64,000 nt of DNA from Laetmonice hystrix (lineage: Eukaryota), in contig OZ249436.1 of NCBI GenBank assembly GCA_965235115.1, positions 52,082,001-52,146,000 of the forward strand, given 5' to 3'. The position numbers were made by a program, and so were the translations under genes. Position 1 is the first letter of the stretch. Each line of letters begins with the position of its first letter. Positions 46,521 through 59,200 of this stretch are shown piece after piece. The notes below the pieces were generated by a model. It had not been told where the DNA came from, made no database searches, and saw only the letters and a list, made by a program, of their open reading frames with translations.

Positions 46521-49500
46521 ATGAACGTTTTCCGACTTGCTGGGGACTTGTCCCATTTATTAGCTATTGTTCTATTGCTGATCAAGATATGGAAGACTCG
46601 GTCATGTGCAGGTGAGTCGCACTTAGTGCTCTGAGAGAGAGATAAATACCAAGTCGCCATTGTAAACACAGAGCCAGAGGCCGGTAGGGAACCTGTCCCT
46701 TCACGGACCACCGACTCGGGCACCGCCCGCCAGTCCTATCCCCTCGACGCCATCCCTATCGAGATTAGCATGGTAATGCTAGCATCAGCTAACATTCGGC
46801 TCTACTCTTAAGAATCAGTCTGAGCCATCTGCCTCCTTGCTTTTCGACAATTAAGGTTCACAATTGAACTTGACTTAAGCGACTCAACGAGGCCTTACGC
46901 CGCTACGGTAGGCTACGCCTACGCTACGGCCGGCGTCGGCTACGGCCACGCAGAGCGAAATATTGAGGCAAAGAATGTTTGATGACCACAAATGGCACAA
47001 GCCACAATGAAATATCGACGTCGCTGTAGATAACTTAACCCAGCAGTATAGGTCTGCGTACTGCGATCATTAATCCTTGATTGAAGTTTGGCTGACCAAC
47101 CCGCACCTTGCTTTGCCCCCCCCTCCCCCCCCCCCAACCAAGTCAGAGTTTGACTCTGATATATCTGATGTAGTATGGGGTGCGTTTCTCATCTATCGTT
47201 ATCCTGTTGGCATTAAAAATCCTCATTAATAATAGATTGGAGTTAACAATACGACATGATGAGAAATGCACCCCTGTATGATGTATCAGACTCTGGCAGT
47301 TAAATCAAAGAAGCGTAAGGCAACCGCATTGCAAGTTTGAACGGACCCGTGTGACTGGGATTCGCGCCGTTCGGCGACCGATAACATCCTTTTGGGATCA
47401 CTCCTGGTGACAAAACTTGCCAAGTAGATACAAAAGATATTAATGGTTGACTCACAGTGATGTGTTGCATTGCCAGTGCTGCAAACGGTCAGTCGCCCAC
47501 TCGCCCGAGGCGACCAAGTCGGTGACACTCGCCCACTTTGGTGACCAAGGCCTAAGCTGGGCAGTGGGGGCACAGGTTTGAAATGTATCAGCAGGTGCTG
47601 ACCACCAAGTTGGTGAAACCTGTTTGTAGCAGTGCGTTGTGGTCTTCATAAAGCATAATTTTGTGCATGGTTTTGCCTGTTCTCTTTGTACACACCACCG
47701 TCGAACGGAAGTATCACAATATTTGATTTTTGAAATGTAGGAGCCTATTTTATGCTATCTGCTGCATTCTGTAAACAATAATATTTCGTTATCAATGTAT
47801 GTTAGGCCTATCAGAACTTTGCATGAACCCAGTACATTTTACAAACACTGGGTCAACCAATGGGGCGTGGGGGGGGGGGGGGGTGGTATGCCGGATACGC
47901 CCTATGGTGGCTACATCACTGGTGTGTGTGTACACGAAAATCAGATTTGAGGCTTTGTTTTGGTTCTGCTTCTTCCACTGTCTTCCCAGATGGTGGGGGG
48001 GGGGGGGATTCATGTCACATGATCTACCCAATTCTTGCTGGCCGTGGTTTCCTCTGTTGGCCAAGCATATCCAAGTTACAAGAGGGGGGTACCGGTGGGG
48101 CCGTCGGAAGGCTGGGCCATGAGGATCATGAGAAGTATAGTCAATGCGTCCGATCGCTAAAGTGTCCGACGAGTCAAAGTGCCCGATGTGAAAAGTCAAA
48201 GTGTCCGAGGTCGTTAGTCAAAGTGTCCGAGGTCGTTAGTCAAAGTGTCCGAGGTCGTTGGTCAAAGTGTCCGAGGTCGTTGGTCAAAGTGTCCGAGCAG
48301 ATTACCATGTACATAATCGTGAATAAATCCAACTATAAAAACTTGCTACGCTTAGGCCTAGGTCCAGCAGGTGAGCCAGGGTTCGTGCTGCCCTCCCAGG
48401 CCTGACTGGGCCTGAACCCCGGGCCCACGGCCTTTGGACCGGCGAACACTTTGACTCCTATCGCCGGACACATTGACTCAAGTGGCGGACACATTGACTC
48501 GGATGCTTTTACCGTCGGACACTTTGACCAACCCCCGATCATGAATGCCCAAAGATCCAGCAGCAACACTCACTCAGACTCGTGAGGCCTGTGGCGGGCT
48601 TGGCTGACCAAGGCAGACTATGGGACGGAGTCAGCTCTTCAAGCCTGGTCATGAAAGGAAAGCAATCGCTCTCGTGCTCCTTATTCTGATTTTGGTAGTG
48701 CGATAATTGCACTCGTTGGAATGTCAGAAGCAAACAAACACAAGTCTGCATATATCAAGAACGTCAACAGTCCCGTTTGACAGTGTCAAACCAAATGCAG
48801 CAAGCCACTTGCCCGACAGTATTTCACTTGCCCCAAAATCCTGTTGGTTTCAACTTTCAATACAGCTCATAAATATACGTCTTGCATATTTTGAACCAAA
48901 TTTGTCATAATGATCCTATTTTCCTGTTTTTTATTTTCACAAAATGCTGGGAACCCTGGTATAGTACAGCAGCTGTGACCTCTAAAGGTCAAATCAGGTT
49001 GACACATTATTTCTCTGCCCTGCATCTTAAAAACCATGCACGATGAACATGAAATTATATTATTATATAACAGAACACCAGACTATTAACCCTTTGTAAA
49101 CCTTATAACCTTGAATATTTTTTCTTTCAGGTCTTTCTGGAAAAACACAAATCATGTTTGCATTGGTTTACACGACGCGCTATCTAGATCTGGTCACCAA
49201 TTTCATCTCATTGTACAACTCGGCGATGAAAGTCATCTTCATCATGACATCTTATGCCACACTCTACTTGATGTTCCTTAAATTCCGTGCCACATATGAC
49301 AGCAACCATGATACGTTCCGCATGGAGTTCCTCATTGTGCCTGTGGCTGGACTTTCCTTCCTGGTCAATCATGACTTCACGCCACTGGAGGTGAGTGTGG
49401 TATATCAGATTTAATGGGGCTGGCCAGTTCTCGTGTCCTAGATATGCAAACATGCGAGAACGAACGAGACTGGGGACTAAGAAAGGATAGTCTCGTCAGC

Positions 49501-50290
49501 TTAGCATGTTGCTAAAATGCCCTTTGTCTCAAAGTGGCACTTGAGTCTTGAGCCTTACAAATATGATTCTATTTAGTAAGTTTACTGCATGAAAAGGTAC
49601 ATTTTACATGTAAAAAGTTTGTATTTAATCTCTTTATTCTACATAGATCTTGTGGACATTTTCGATCTACCTGGAATCGGTGGCCATCCTGCCCCAGCTG
49701 TTCATGATCAGTAAAACAGGAGAAGCTGAAACTATAACGAGCCACTACCTGTTTGCTCTGGGATCGTACCGCGCTCTCTACATCATCAACTGGGTCTACC
49801 GGTACTACTTTGAGGGCTTCTTTGACCTAATTGCTGTCGTGGCTGGATGTGTACAGACAGTTCTGTATTGCGACTTCTTCTACCTGTACATCACAAAAGG
49901 TCAGTAGTCAATTGTTTGCGATAACATTAGCCTGATTAGGCATGAAAAGCTAAACTTTATTATAGTAACATATTACTTGTGTGTAGAGTGTCATGAAAGT
50001 AGTAGCCAATGAGAGAACAGATCTAACAAAAAGGCTGTGGTGGGCAAGAAGATGCAGAGACTGACAGCCTAACTAGGCAGGCAGAAGAATTAAACATTTT
50101 GTTGCTAGAAGAATTATTTCAATCTATTAGTGGTTCATGACGGCAGTAGAGCAGTCTTCTACTGTGAGGGATTTGGAAGAGGTCCAGTGGCAGTGACTGG
50201 CCAGCATGTATTGTGCGGCATAAACTTTTCATGCACGTCGGTTGCTTTGTTTCAGTTTGGAGCGGCCAGAAGCTGAAGCTGCCAGCATAA
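46521..50290 (+). CDS. KDELR: ER lumen protein-retaining (KDEL) receptor, spliced, 212 aa
   Basis: Exons 46521-46611, 49131-49390, 49647-49899, 50256-50290; total 639 nt. Translation [16 protein letters not shown]...[13 protein letters not shown]...[22 protein letters not shown]. Confidence 0.95.
47177..47274. mobile_element. Short Harbinger-like MITE
   Basis: TIR ggggtgcgtttctcatc / gatgagaaatgcacccc; the TSD is not clean. Confidence 0.6.
47474..47634. mobile_element. Degenerate hAT-like MITE
   Basis: Imperfect TIR cagtgctgcaaac / gtttgtagcagtg with internal tcgccc/gcgacc repeats; TSD eroded. Confidence 0.45.
48132..48535. mobile_element. Second MULE-like foldback element (KDELR intron 1)
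   Basis: Tandem gtcaaagtgtccg motifs on the left and inverted cggacac(a/t)ttgac on the right; TSD (g/c)GATCATGA. Confidence 0.8.
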
Positions 50291-52984
50291 GGAAAGAATG
50301 GAGTCTCCTGTGGAGATGGACAGAGGGGTTGGTGAACACTGTTATTATTCAAACTACGAGGGAGTTGGTGACAGCAACAACTGCACCACAGCGGCGTTAT
50401 CTGGACTGTGTTGGCCTCCGACTCTACCATGCTGTGAACTGAACTGCAGGAACCAAACAGTAAATTGTTGGCACGCAGTCCACTGCAGGGAATTAGAGGC
50501 CACCTGCAAAGTTCCCACTCCTTGAAGAGTTGCTCCCAGACAGTGATAAACCTGGATATTATAAGTTGGACATTAGGTGGTGGTGCTGGGTTCTTTCAGT
50601 TCATATTTCTTTCTTTCATTCTCTCTTTCATATTTCTTTCCTCACTCAATGACCTATCTGGTATCAGAAGGCTTGGCAGCCTCGATGCCAAAGCACTGTC
50701 ACTATAATGCTGTAAATGAATGAATTTGGTAATACCAAACAAAATTTGTCTATTTCATGTATGGTAGCCTGTAGGTTTTTTGTAGAGCTGGGCAGTGTGA
50801 TTTAAGGTAATAAGGTTGACTTTATCATGTTAGACCTGATAAAACGTTCGATACCCGACCACGTCGTGAGGTACGATGATGAGAGCATTAAGAAGTAGTT
50901 GAAACTGACTGTCTCTGTCCATACAGGAATTGTGAAGATGTAGACTACTAATCACCACAGGTTGGCCATGTTGACTATTATTATGATTAGATGACTATAT
51001 GGAGAATTTATATATAGTTATAATACAACAGAGTGTACAAAGTGTACAGATTCTGTGTGGCAGTTTGAATGAGACCCTCGTGTAAAGGAAACCCAGAACA
51101 AATAAAGATTCCCTTTTTCTGCCTCTCCAGGTGAACGTCAAATTTCCTCGCTGGCTGCAAAATATTGACAGCAGAAGCTCTTGCAGCATGACGTTGATAA
51201 ATATGACATGAATCGCTGAGCCTTAGTGTGTATGTATCTCTTTATAAATGTATCATATCAAACTTGTACTCTTCCTATCCTCATTTCGACGTTAGTGATG
51301 GATAACACCATGGTACAGCAAGCCAAGTCAGCACTTCAGTGAAGTCAAGCTAACTTGCCTTCAAGTGAGTCTCTCAAGTGAGTAAGAAATGTATACTTCG
51401 CTTTTATATCGAGCCGAGGTTTCAAAATGAAGATCCTTACGTTGGATATCTAATATGTCCCCTATGTCACTTGTAAATCATATTGGCGTACACGTGTTTT
51501 TTTTATAGGCCACAAGACAAATGGTTCAGTTGTAAAGGTATTTATTAGATAGGTGGATTTTATCTAAGATAATTCATCACGTTGCTTGACCCCGAATAGC
51601 TTAGCTTCAAAATAGACGAGCCTCCTCACAGACTAATCTTGTGTCACACAATCAGCAGTTATCAGGGGCGGATCTGGTTACGTCAACATGTATTGGTGAC
51701 GTCATAATCAAACTTCAGTCTGCAGAAAGAAGGGAGGAGAGGGCGGCCATGTCACCCCCCCCCCCCCCCCCCGGCCAATCTGCCACTTATGAAGAAACAT
51801 GATTGATAAAAATCAGGGGGATGTTTAATCAACCGGCGGACCAATTAAAATAGGTGACGAACCAACAATAATGAACTAAGAAACGCCCATTGCTTCTGCA
51901 GCCTCTAATATGAAATTGAATTGACCGTTGAAATGTGATTGACTACATGTATATGGTAAAATTTATCCATGCAAACATAGGTTATGGCAGGTGTATATTA
52001 ACAACAGGAATGGTATCCTAGAGGTTTCCTGGGGGAATACATAGGTGTGTGTACCGGTAACCAAAATGACGTTTGACATTTTGTCAAATTAAGAAGCCGT
52101 AAAAGAACTATGGATGATAGTGGTTACTGTCATCAGGGGTATTTGAGTAGTGCAGGTATCGGATGGTGTTGGTCGAAGGATTTTCTAAACCAAAATTGAG
52201 GAGAGCTCCAAATTAACAGAGTGGGTATCGCCATTCCGGCTTAAATTGTAATGTTTTATGTATACGAACAGAGACTACGTGTCAAAATAATAATAAAAAG
52301 TTTTTAAAAATGGCATGTAGTTAAAGTGTTCTGCCGCTTTATTTTGTCACAATCTTGATGTTGGTGTATGAGATTTGGGTCCCAATAATCTAATTTAGCA
52401 GGCTCCTGAAAATTGCCTGTTTTTTATTGATATGATCAGAGTGGCGCATTAAGCGCAACTGTGGGGTGATGTAGAGTGCCTTGGTGTATTATTGTGTTAA
52501 ATAATACGTCCTTGCAATTATTGGCGCATTTATAATATTGTATATCCTCGATTACACAAGACTTAGTAGCAAGTATTCTTGATCATTAATAAAGCAGGAT
52601 GAATGAATGAGATATAAGTTTAAATATACCACGTTCTCAGCCTAGGCCTATCATTTGGTGACATCTAAAAAAGTCTACTTTTTTCGCGCTTGTAAAAATA
52701 AGACCATTTTGGATGATATTTCTTCATCACGGCCACTTTATTTTTTTTAGATATAGCCCTAGTTACTCTTGACTTTGTTCAAGTCTCCTGGCGCAGTCTG
52801 CAAAGTTGGTCAGGTAATTGTTTCATGCACCTATTGGCCTATAAGTTTATCCAAGGCCTGGTGTAATCTCAAGTCCCAGCACCATGGCTAATCCATGCAA
52901 CCGTCCACTGCCATCTGTGATTAACGGGCCCTGTCAATCAAGAAATGACGTGTGATGAAAATATGCAGCTTAAGACGCTTACAA

Positions 52985-53041
52985 GCCCCGCCCCCGTAGA
53001 CGTGTCAAGTCGGTCGCCATGTATACGTTGTCCCTGGTGAC
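52985..53041 (+). promoter_or_regulatory. EFCAB6-like promoter: GC box plus two adjacent RFX X-box-like motifs
   Basis: gccccgcccc at 52985, GTCGCCATGTATAC at 53013-53026 and GTTGTCCCTGGTGAC at 53027-53041, about 200 nt upstream of the ATG. Confidence 0.5.
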
Positions 53042-53240
53042 AAGTTCGACTGTTTGCCATTTCTAACGCGTGGGACAACCTTAGGCCCAGAAGTCCGACT
53101 TAAGTAGGCCCTTGTCAGCGGTTTTCAGTATCCGGACAACTGCCATTATCATTCTAGCATCAGGTGCAAATTAAATACGGACAGGCAGCATTCTAGGAAT
53201 CGTCCAGGAGACTACGATAGACGGAGCTGATTTGTTAACA

Positions 53241-56200
53241 ATGTCGCAGGTAGGACTAATGACAAGGCCTGTGACGGCGCAGAGTGTACTTCCCGTACTG
53301 CCTCACATCCAGCACCCTCTGTCCCGGCTAGCCGACCCGGAGAACCTCGACGTACGCGGGTCGTCGCAGGCTGGCCGCCCGGCCTCCACCATGTCGGCCA
53401 GCGGTCGCCCACTCGGAGCGGAGGCCCAGTACAAAGCTCCGCGCAGTCGGGGGCTGCACACTTCCGGGTCGTCACGCATACCCTCCCGCCTATCCCTGAA
53501 CCGGATTGACCCTGCCGGGGGTCGGGTGGCAGCGATTGAAACTATCCCTGAGGGAGTCGCTGTGACCCAGGGGGACCCCGCCAAGCCCCGACTTCCACTT
53601 TTTGGTAAGTTTCCTACATTTAGTCACCCTATTTCTAATTTTCCCCTACGACGTCAGACTGTAGGCCTATGGGAGGAAAAGCTATGATTTTGAAGTTGGG
53701 GCCACATATAAACATAGGGCGTGGGGGGCACATGCCCCCTTTTCATTGAAAAAATTGATAAATACACGGACTCCGAGCAGCACACCTGCGCGATGATCAC
53801 GCTGCTAGTTCACCACGCCCCACCTTTATAAAATCCCGAATCCGCCCCTTATAATTGGGTAAATATTAGGCTAGGCCCTAGGCCTGTCTATACTATATGA
53901 CTTTATATAGTCTTATGAAAATAGTTCTGTGTCCCCACAACGTGCATCACTATGAGTATGAGACTAGCCCATGTGGTGCATACAGGGCATGTAACTGGAC
54001 TAATTATGTATTCACAAAAGTGTAACGGAATTCAGCGGTGCCAAACCTTTTCTTGGCAGTGTTCGGGTCTGGCCCGAGAACGGAGAAGGGGGTGGGGCGT
54101 TATAACCAGAGTTCTCTTCATGCCTATTTTGTCTCACAAAAACCCGTGAAAACCAGAAGATAAATGAGTTCTATTAATAGTTAGTGAAGGAACATTAGGG
54201 GCGGACCATTTGATACGTGGGTTTAAAAAAAAAATAATCTGTTGATCAAACATGGACAAACAGCTTGTTCCATATGTAAAAAAAAATATATGGTATAACC
54301 GAAATTTCGGGGAAATAGTTTCAGTCATGGTCGTAGCGAACAAAAGCTTCGGCCTGGGGACCAAAAAAGAAGTTTGCTCATGAAGAAAAGCCATACCCCC
54401 CCCCCCCAAGGTATCAAATGGTCCGCCCCTTATGCTTCACACAATCCAACTATTGCTAGGGAATTAAAGCATTATGGCTGATCCATGTGTATATTTATAA
54501 ACCGTGACATTGTTATTGGTCGTCTGGTGGTGGTGGTGATGGTGGTGGTGGTGGGGATTATTTGTTGCTCTCTGCCCTGTCGGCAACTGGTTAATATTTG
54601 TCGTAACTCCAGACCGATCTTGACCTTTGGCTTATCAGGCCCGTTACGATAATTATATAGAAGGCATGAGAACAATATCTTATCTGGAGCTAACATTATG
54701 GATGGGGCACGCATACAAATGTCGTTCTTCCACTTGAAATCGGTTTTTTTTGCCATTGTTCGAAATTATTTTGAGAAAAATAAATATTTGGTCTATTTGC
54801 CCCCGGTGAACGTCCCCTCAGAGGTGCTGTAGGTGACTACATTCGAAAGTATCGGGCACATGCTGGAGGTGGCAACCACCTAAACAATTCACAATACTGG
54901 TTCTTCTGGTGGCTAAGTTGTATTCCGAAGTAAGATGGTGAACCACTAGAACATGATCGGGTGAAAGCAGTATTCTAACACTCAAACGTGAGTGTTACGT
55001 TGGGCTATTATGTGTAAAATACTTTCAATTGACAGATCGCTAAATCCTAGCTGGTCCCTAGCTGAGTAAAATCTGACTTTCAGCAGGATAACGTGAATGA
55101 ATTCATGTCACGGGCGGGTACAGGATTTTGCAGGAGGTTTAAGGGGGGAATCTAGCAAGGGGGGCATAAACAAAGTCACGTGAAAAATCTGTATGAAAAC
55201 AACTGGTACCTCCTGCAGTCCCTTAGATCTGCTACTGAATATATCTGACGAGTGTTTAAAACATGACCTTATCAATTATCTTGGTCAAGTTCGATAATGG
55301 ACAAAGGTAGGTCACTCCAAGTGTAGGACACACAGCTAAGTACATTATAGCTCCTCAGTGCTAATGTTAATAAAGATTGCTATAGAAGATATATTAAAAG
55401 GTTGTGAAATTTGGTTCAGAATTGAAGTTTGCCATGTATCTCCGTGAAAATCAAGAAAAGTTGATTGGTTAACTGGCATACAGATCATATAGTCGTATCT
55501 GCATTACCATAAAAACCGGATAGATAACCACAATAGAAAGGTAGCCACAGGGAGGCTTTTGATCTCATGGTCCGCAGGAACAAAGGTTCCCTAGCGGCGC
55601 TGAGATACTACTCCATGAAGGACATTTGATTTCCTTAGAAGAATATCATTTGAAGAAATTTAGAGCGGTATTCACTAATCAATGTTCAATATTCATGTTT
55701 GGATGAAGGGTTCTTTGAAGGGGGATGGTTGGGAAAATAGTTCAATGCATCGTATGTATGCAATAACCAGACTAGTTCAACAAGTAACCACCAGGGGTCT
55801 CACCATTAGACCGTTTTCCGTCGCGGGTTGCTATGCTGCCTCGTTTTGAAACACGGGGCAAGCACCTGCTTGACTACCAGCGTTCGCTAGTGTTAACCTA
55901 CGGACAATCACTCGAGAGAGCTGATTTTGAACTGCTCACAAAACCTTGCAAAATGGTATCTTTCGAAACTTGGACCGTCCCCCGACTACGATTATCCCTC
56001 CAAGAACGCCGTGTGACTATTTTGGGGTATAATAAAGCGTCACTGGTAGAGTTATCAAGTTGTGTTTCGGACCTCGAATTGCCGATCGACAGCAGCGAGC
56101 AGACATACACGGGCTGGGGACAGGCCTCTGGCGGGGGTCAAGCGCCGCGGGTGGCCGGTGCGCTTGTTTAGGTGCAAGGGGTAGGCATTCACCAGGAGCT

Positions 56201-59200
56201 TTTCGTTTGCGGGATGCCATCATGACCAAAACAAATTAATTATAAGTTTATTAATTTATAATGTATTATTATTGACGCATGAACCAGCTGTTCATTTCTC
56301 AATTTTATATTCGGGGGTAATGTTTTACATTTAAGGGGAGATATTTTACATAGCCTAGGCCCTAGATCTATACGGGTAAAAATCAATTTTACATAGGCCT
56401 AGCCTAGGCCCCAGATACCGGCAGAATTGTACATACTGGGGGAACGAAGATTTTTTACATAGGCCCTACGGGCAGAATTTTTACACATTGTGGGAGTTTT
56501 ATATGCGGGCAAATATTTTTATTTTCTATATACGGTAGTTTACACATAGGCTCTCCTCTCTGTCTGCCGGACGGGTCCCAGGAAGGTAAAAAACCTGACA
56601 CCATCCATGGATGGCCTTGGTTTACTGTTTCCTGCCCCATGTCTACTGTCACTTTCACATGTTCCATACCAACAGTGCTTGTTACCTGGCATTTAATGGT
56701 CAGTATCGAAATGTTCCCGACTGTCAGGTGTCTTTATGTTGCTAATATCGCTCAAGTCAAAGTTCCGACCGTTCAACTTCACACCACGATTAAAACTTAT
56801 TTCTGCCTGTTACCGACATTCCAACTTACTGTATCGTGTCACCCCCATTGTTTTATCAATCTGGCCACCTCGAACTGCTCATATTGACACGGAGAAACTC
56901 AAAATCCCAGATTTGCTCAACCCTCTTTCTTCATTGTTCCCTATTGCCCAAGCGCTAGCAACGCGGTGCGCTTGCACCGACTTTGGCGTCGCTAGGGAGC
57001 TTGTAGGTGGCGCTAGTAGTAGTTCGGAAAATGGTCTATTGAGCATACGTGGCGCCAAAACCGCTTCCACGTGGCGTGGCGGGAAATGGCAAAGTTCAAG
57101 GGAGCAGTCTCCTGAAGCGGCATATACGATGGGCTAATCATGTGCGGCCTGTATTTCTTGTTGTTAAAAAGCATTGCAGTAAAATGCAGTGCCACCTCCA
57201 AAACCCTTAACGAAATCTGAGGCCAAGTTATGGTCTCTTAAAATATATGTCGCTGTCTGCTGGTCGATGATTGAGTGGTTAGTGCCCCCTGGTGGCAAGT
57301 AGAGAAATGAATTTGTAAGTTTCGCCTCTTTTTTACTAGCTGCCTCCTTTACATTCACGTTTAGACCGCAAGGTTAAAACATATTTTTACCCCCTTACAT
57401 GCAAGTATGAATTTAAATACAATGAGGTACGGGGAAATGGTATTAATGCATGGAATAAAAAAATAGTGGGGGATCTAATAAATGGGGGGCACCTAAAAAA
57501 AATGTTTGCCTCGCTATGCAGCATGATTTTGTTGTGATTGTGGCCATTTTGGCCCCCTTTTGGTCTATTTCAATGCTGCATGGCCCAGAGTTATCTTGCC
57601 ACCTTTTGGGCCCGATGTTATTATCACGTACACTATAGGAGGCTTTTTTAAAATAATTTTGTTGGAATCCTGGTTTCAGGGTCCGAATAATGCGTCTTCA
57701 TAAAAAGGGGGAAAAAGGAAAATTTAAGGCCCAGGCCCCCTGGATCCCCCAGTGATAAATAATGCATACAATGTTTAGATTGATTTATCAAAACAGCTGA
57801 CACCGATTTCACCGTTTTCTTGTGTCAGGTTCACGTGCAGAGATAGCAAGTCGTCTTGAAAGCCGTGCCGGATCACGTCTTTCATCTGCATCGGCACAGA
57901 CTAGACTGGAAATTGATGAGGTACTTATCTTTAGTGAGGAAGAATAATAATATTAATTTAATTACCATTTCTGTAAAGTTCTGTTTATGTTCACACCATT
58001 GATCCCTGTAAATCTGTCGTTAATTGGTGATAATAGGACGTGTTAAGGAATCGGAACTGTCAAGTTTAGGTCCAGTGCCCTTGACAAGAGGATCAGGGAT
58101 GGGATAGGCCTATAACAAGGGGTGAAAAAAGCATAATTTATTAAATTTGTACATTTGGAGAAATATCAGAAAAATCAACGCATAGGCCCTATTTCATTTC
58201 AGATTGAGGCTGTCCTGAAGGAAAAGATAAAGGGCAATTTCTTTGAATTTAGAAAAAGATTCAAAGACAACGACCCGGAAGGCAAGGGCAATGTATCGAG
58301 GTGAGTCTGGAATGAGATTTAAACTTCATAAATGTTTTTTTCTGTCACCGACCGATTATATCTACGTATATTTATTGCACTATTGTCATCGCGGATATCC
58401 CCTCGTCGTCTTTATTTCAAAGTGTTAAACATCAAAATATTTGATCCTTAAGGAAATTTAAACCCACTAAAAATACTTAAATTCTTCTAAAAAGACTGAA
58501 GCCTTGGGTCCTGCTGTGCCATCTACTAGGCAGCCTGACTAGGGCTACAAATGATTTTATTAATCGGTTTCAAGTACCGGGGATTCATTTGTTCCGAATT
58601 ATTTTGTTCAATGCAGAGATGGCTTGTTCCGAATATTGGTGACATCCATTGGGCGCCCAGTGACCACGACCCAGTTTTCCCGCCTCCTTGACCGTCTGGG
58701 ACTCGGTGAGAAAGCCGTCGTTGGATTCACTGATTTCTTCGCTGCGTTCCGTGATGTTCAGTCTGCCGAGTATCCCACCTGGATGGACCCCGTCCAGAGA
58801 CAGGTGTGTGACAAGGCAACCATGACAGCCACTCAGGTCCATGCACAACTGAAGGAGAAAGCCAAGCAGAGGTGAGTGAAGAGGGCTGCTGGAGCAACGG
58901 TTTGCTAGAGCAACTGTTTGTACGCAGTGCCAGCTGGACAGGAAGTATCTCTATTACGGCTAAGTTACAGCCCGCCAAATAGCGGGGTGACTTTGGCGCT
59001 AAATCACCAAGTTAGAACATGGCTGAGTTACATGGAACTACTCAAGCCTGAATGGCTCAGTTAGCGGCACAATAACGTCACGTTCCCAGGCTAATTACCG
59101 TGTCCTTGTGATTCTTGCAGAGTGCGCGATATTGCAGATCTCATCCCACAGAGTAACCCAGACGGTGCAGGTCACATCATAAAACCAGAGTTTTATAATG

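Noticed and set aside
47792..48569. ORFs of 107-181 aa in KDELR intron 1
   Set aside because: They run through poly-G tracts and transposon tandem modules and show no recognisable domain.
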